A DNA stretch of 63,581 bases, the filler included, from Hyphochytrium catenoides (lineage: Eukaryota; Protista; Hyphochytriomycota): the NCBI GenBank assembly GCA_900088475.1. It is 11 parts of 11 records of this genome, joined end to end, with 100 filler letters (N's around TTAATTAATTAA, not from the genome) between each part and the next. Parts side by side here need not be neighbours in the genome. Positions count along the whole stretch, not along the records: positions 61,862 to 63,581 come from FLMG01004734.1; 10 more parts are not named here. The stretch is one strand, 5' to 3'. Both the position numbers and the translations under genes were made by a program. Shown in pieces: positions 62,091 through 63,581 of the stretch (the first letter of the stretch is position 1; every line of letters starts with the position of its first letter). Under the pieces are notes generated by a model. It did no database searches and had not been told where the DNA came from. It saw only the letters and a program-made list of their open reading frames with translations.

Positions 62091-63581
62091 TGTCCTTTGG
62101 GTCATTCATTCCCTGTCCCTCCTCGCTCCTTATTTTGGCCCCTTCTTCTCTCCTCTCCCTTCCTCCCTACTCCGTTATGTTTCTCTGTCCTGCTTTTTTT
62201 GCCCCTCTGTTCAGTCTCTATTTTACGTCTTCTTTCAGTTTCCGACCTTCTCTCACTATGTCATCCGCTGCCTTTGTATCTCCTTCTTCCGAGGGGTTTT
62301 CCCCTCTGTCCTGTCTCTTTTGGTGCTGTATTTTTGCTACAGTCCATTCCCATCATTGCCTTCACCCTTTTTCCCCCTCTCTCTCTCTCTCTCTCTTTCT
62401 TCCTTTCCTCCACTTTCGTATCTCAGTCTCCGTCTCTGTCTCTGTCTCTCTCTCTCCCCTCTCGCTGCTGCTTTCTCTCCATTTCTTTCCTTCCTCCTGT
62501 TGCTCTATCCCTCCTTCTACTGCTGAAGCTCAGCATCCATTTTCTGGCGTTGGGCACTTCCCGATGGTACTGTCTGGCGGTAGCCACGAGTTAGCTGTGT
62601 AGCAATAGACCCAGTCTCATGTTGATTTCGATGAACAGATAGACTTCCCCTCCTGATCTGAGCGATTGTTTATAAGTCCTTATTTGTCCAGATGATGGGA
62701 TTTGAGGCAGAGGTGGATCTTATGCAGCAAAAGAAGAGGTGCGACAATCTGGACGTGTTCTGGGATGGAGACTAAGCTCGACTGATATGCGGAGCGAGGG
62801 GATGATTGCACGAGTTCACGATCAACATTTTTCCTGGCGCAGCACTAACATCACCACTGGGAGGGACGGCCTCACTCAATTTTGGCGAGGGCGATAGTCC
62901 TGGTGGGTACTCTCTTCCCTTGTTATTAATGGACTTATGCGTCGTGCCTTATTGTGGTGGCCTCTGCAGTTGGTGCTTCTTACTTTATTGTTAACCTCTG
63001 TAAGCAACTGGGCCTAGCCGGCCTGACAACGTAGAATGCAGAACGTTGCCTCTGGTGGCCTGTATGATAACCAACTACTGAAGGAAGCAGAATGACCTGA
63101 AGTGTGGACTATATCAACAAGGCATCTCCTAATATCATGGCAATGAATTTGTGACTTAGCTCGTAGGATTTGTCTCTATTTCCAGTTTTTCTATCTGTCC
63201 TCTCCCTTTATCTCAAGTGCCTTCATCTTCCCAGCCCCATGTTACTGCGTGCGCTGGTACGCGCTGGTACTGACGCCTAACGAGCACGCATGGGCATACC
63301 AAGGGTGCTTGCGGACATGCTCCTTGTACGCCGTCATCCACTGCCTCCCTTCCTAGCGCATTTGGTCATGATGTACTAACTATCCGTCGTCCGACTTCCG
63401 TTTCAGTAGTTTTTTGTAGCTTGGTACAGTCGTCGTTGCATTTTTCTCCCTTTAACACCGATAAATTTTTTCCTCATGCGTTCTGCGGCGGCAGATGAGG
63501 AAGTGGGTCGCCCTTCTTTGCCCCTCCTTTTGTTGTCCCCGGGCTCTTGCTCTTCCTTTTCTTCTGCCCTTGGCTGCTCTG

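Overview
This is eukaryotic DNA, not one locus. It is 11 unrelated scaffolds joined by artificial 100-nt spacers (44 N + TTAATTAATTAA + 44 N), so no linkage can be inferred across the joins. The genes are intron-rich (GT/GC-AG) and packed with (GA)n/(CT)n microsatellites. Most ORFs in the supplied track (SLSL/RERE runs) are spurious readings of these repeats. By hand-splicing exons I can support about 12 genes: a highly divergent actin-related protein, a PTC7-type PP2C, a two-PDZ protein, a WD40/coiled-coil CFAP43-like fragment, AP-3 beta, a delta-9 desaturase, a 6TM TKL kinase, a bHLH-ZIP factor whose bHLH domain is split across exons and not visible as such in the ORF track, phenylalanine hydroxylase, a PH-SnoaL-AGC kinase, aspartate-semialdehyde dehydrogenase, and PPP1R42-like and KATNIP fragments. 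There is also a small non-autonomous Copia-type LTR element and several DINE/Helentron-like ends. Protein style and ciliary genes suggest a flagellated stramenopile, possibly oomycete-like (inference, no search run). The best novelty candidates are: (i) an adenylyl-cyclase-type 6TM/helical module fused to a Raf-like kinase instead of a cyclase; (ii) an Akt-like kinase with an NTF2/SnoaL pocket between its PH and kinase domains; (iii) amino-acid enzymes with apparent organelle signals (mitochondrial-type presequence on PAH, C-terminal tail anchor on ASD); (iv) an orphan ARP; (v) introns with a 5' GA arm and a 3' CT arm that could fold back.
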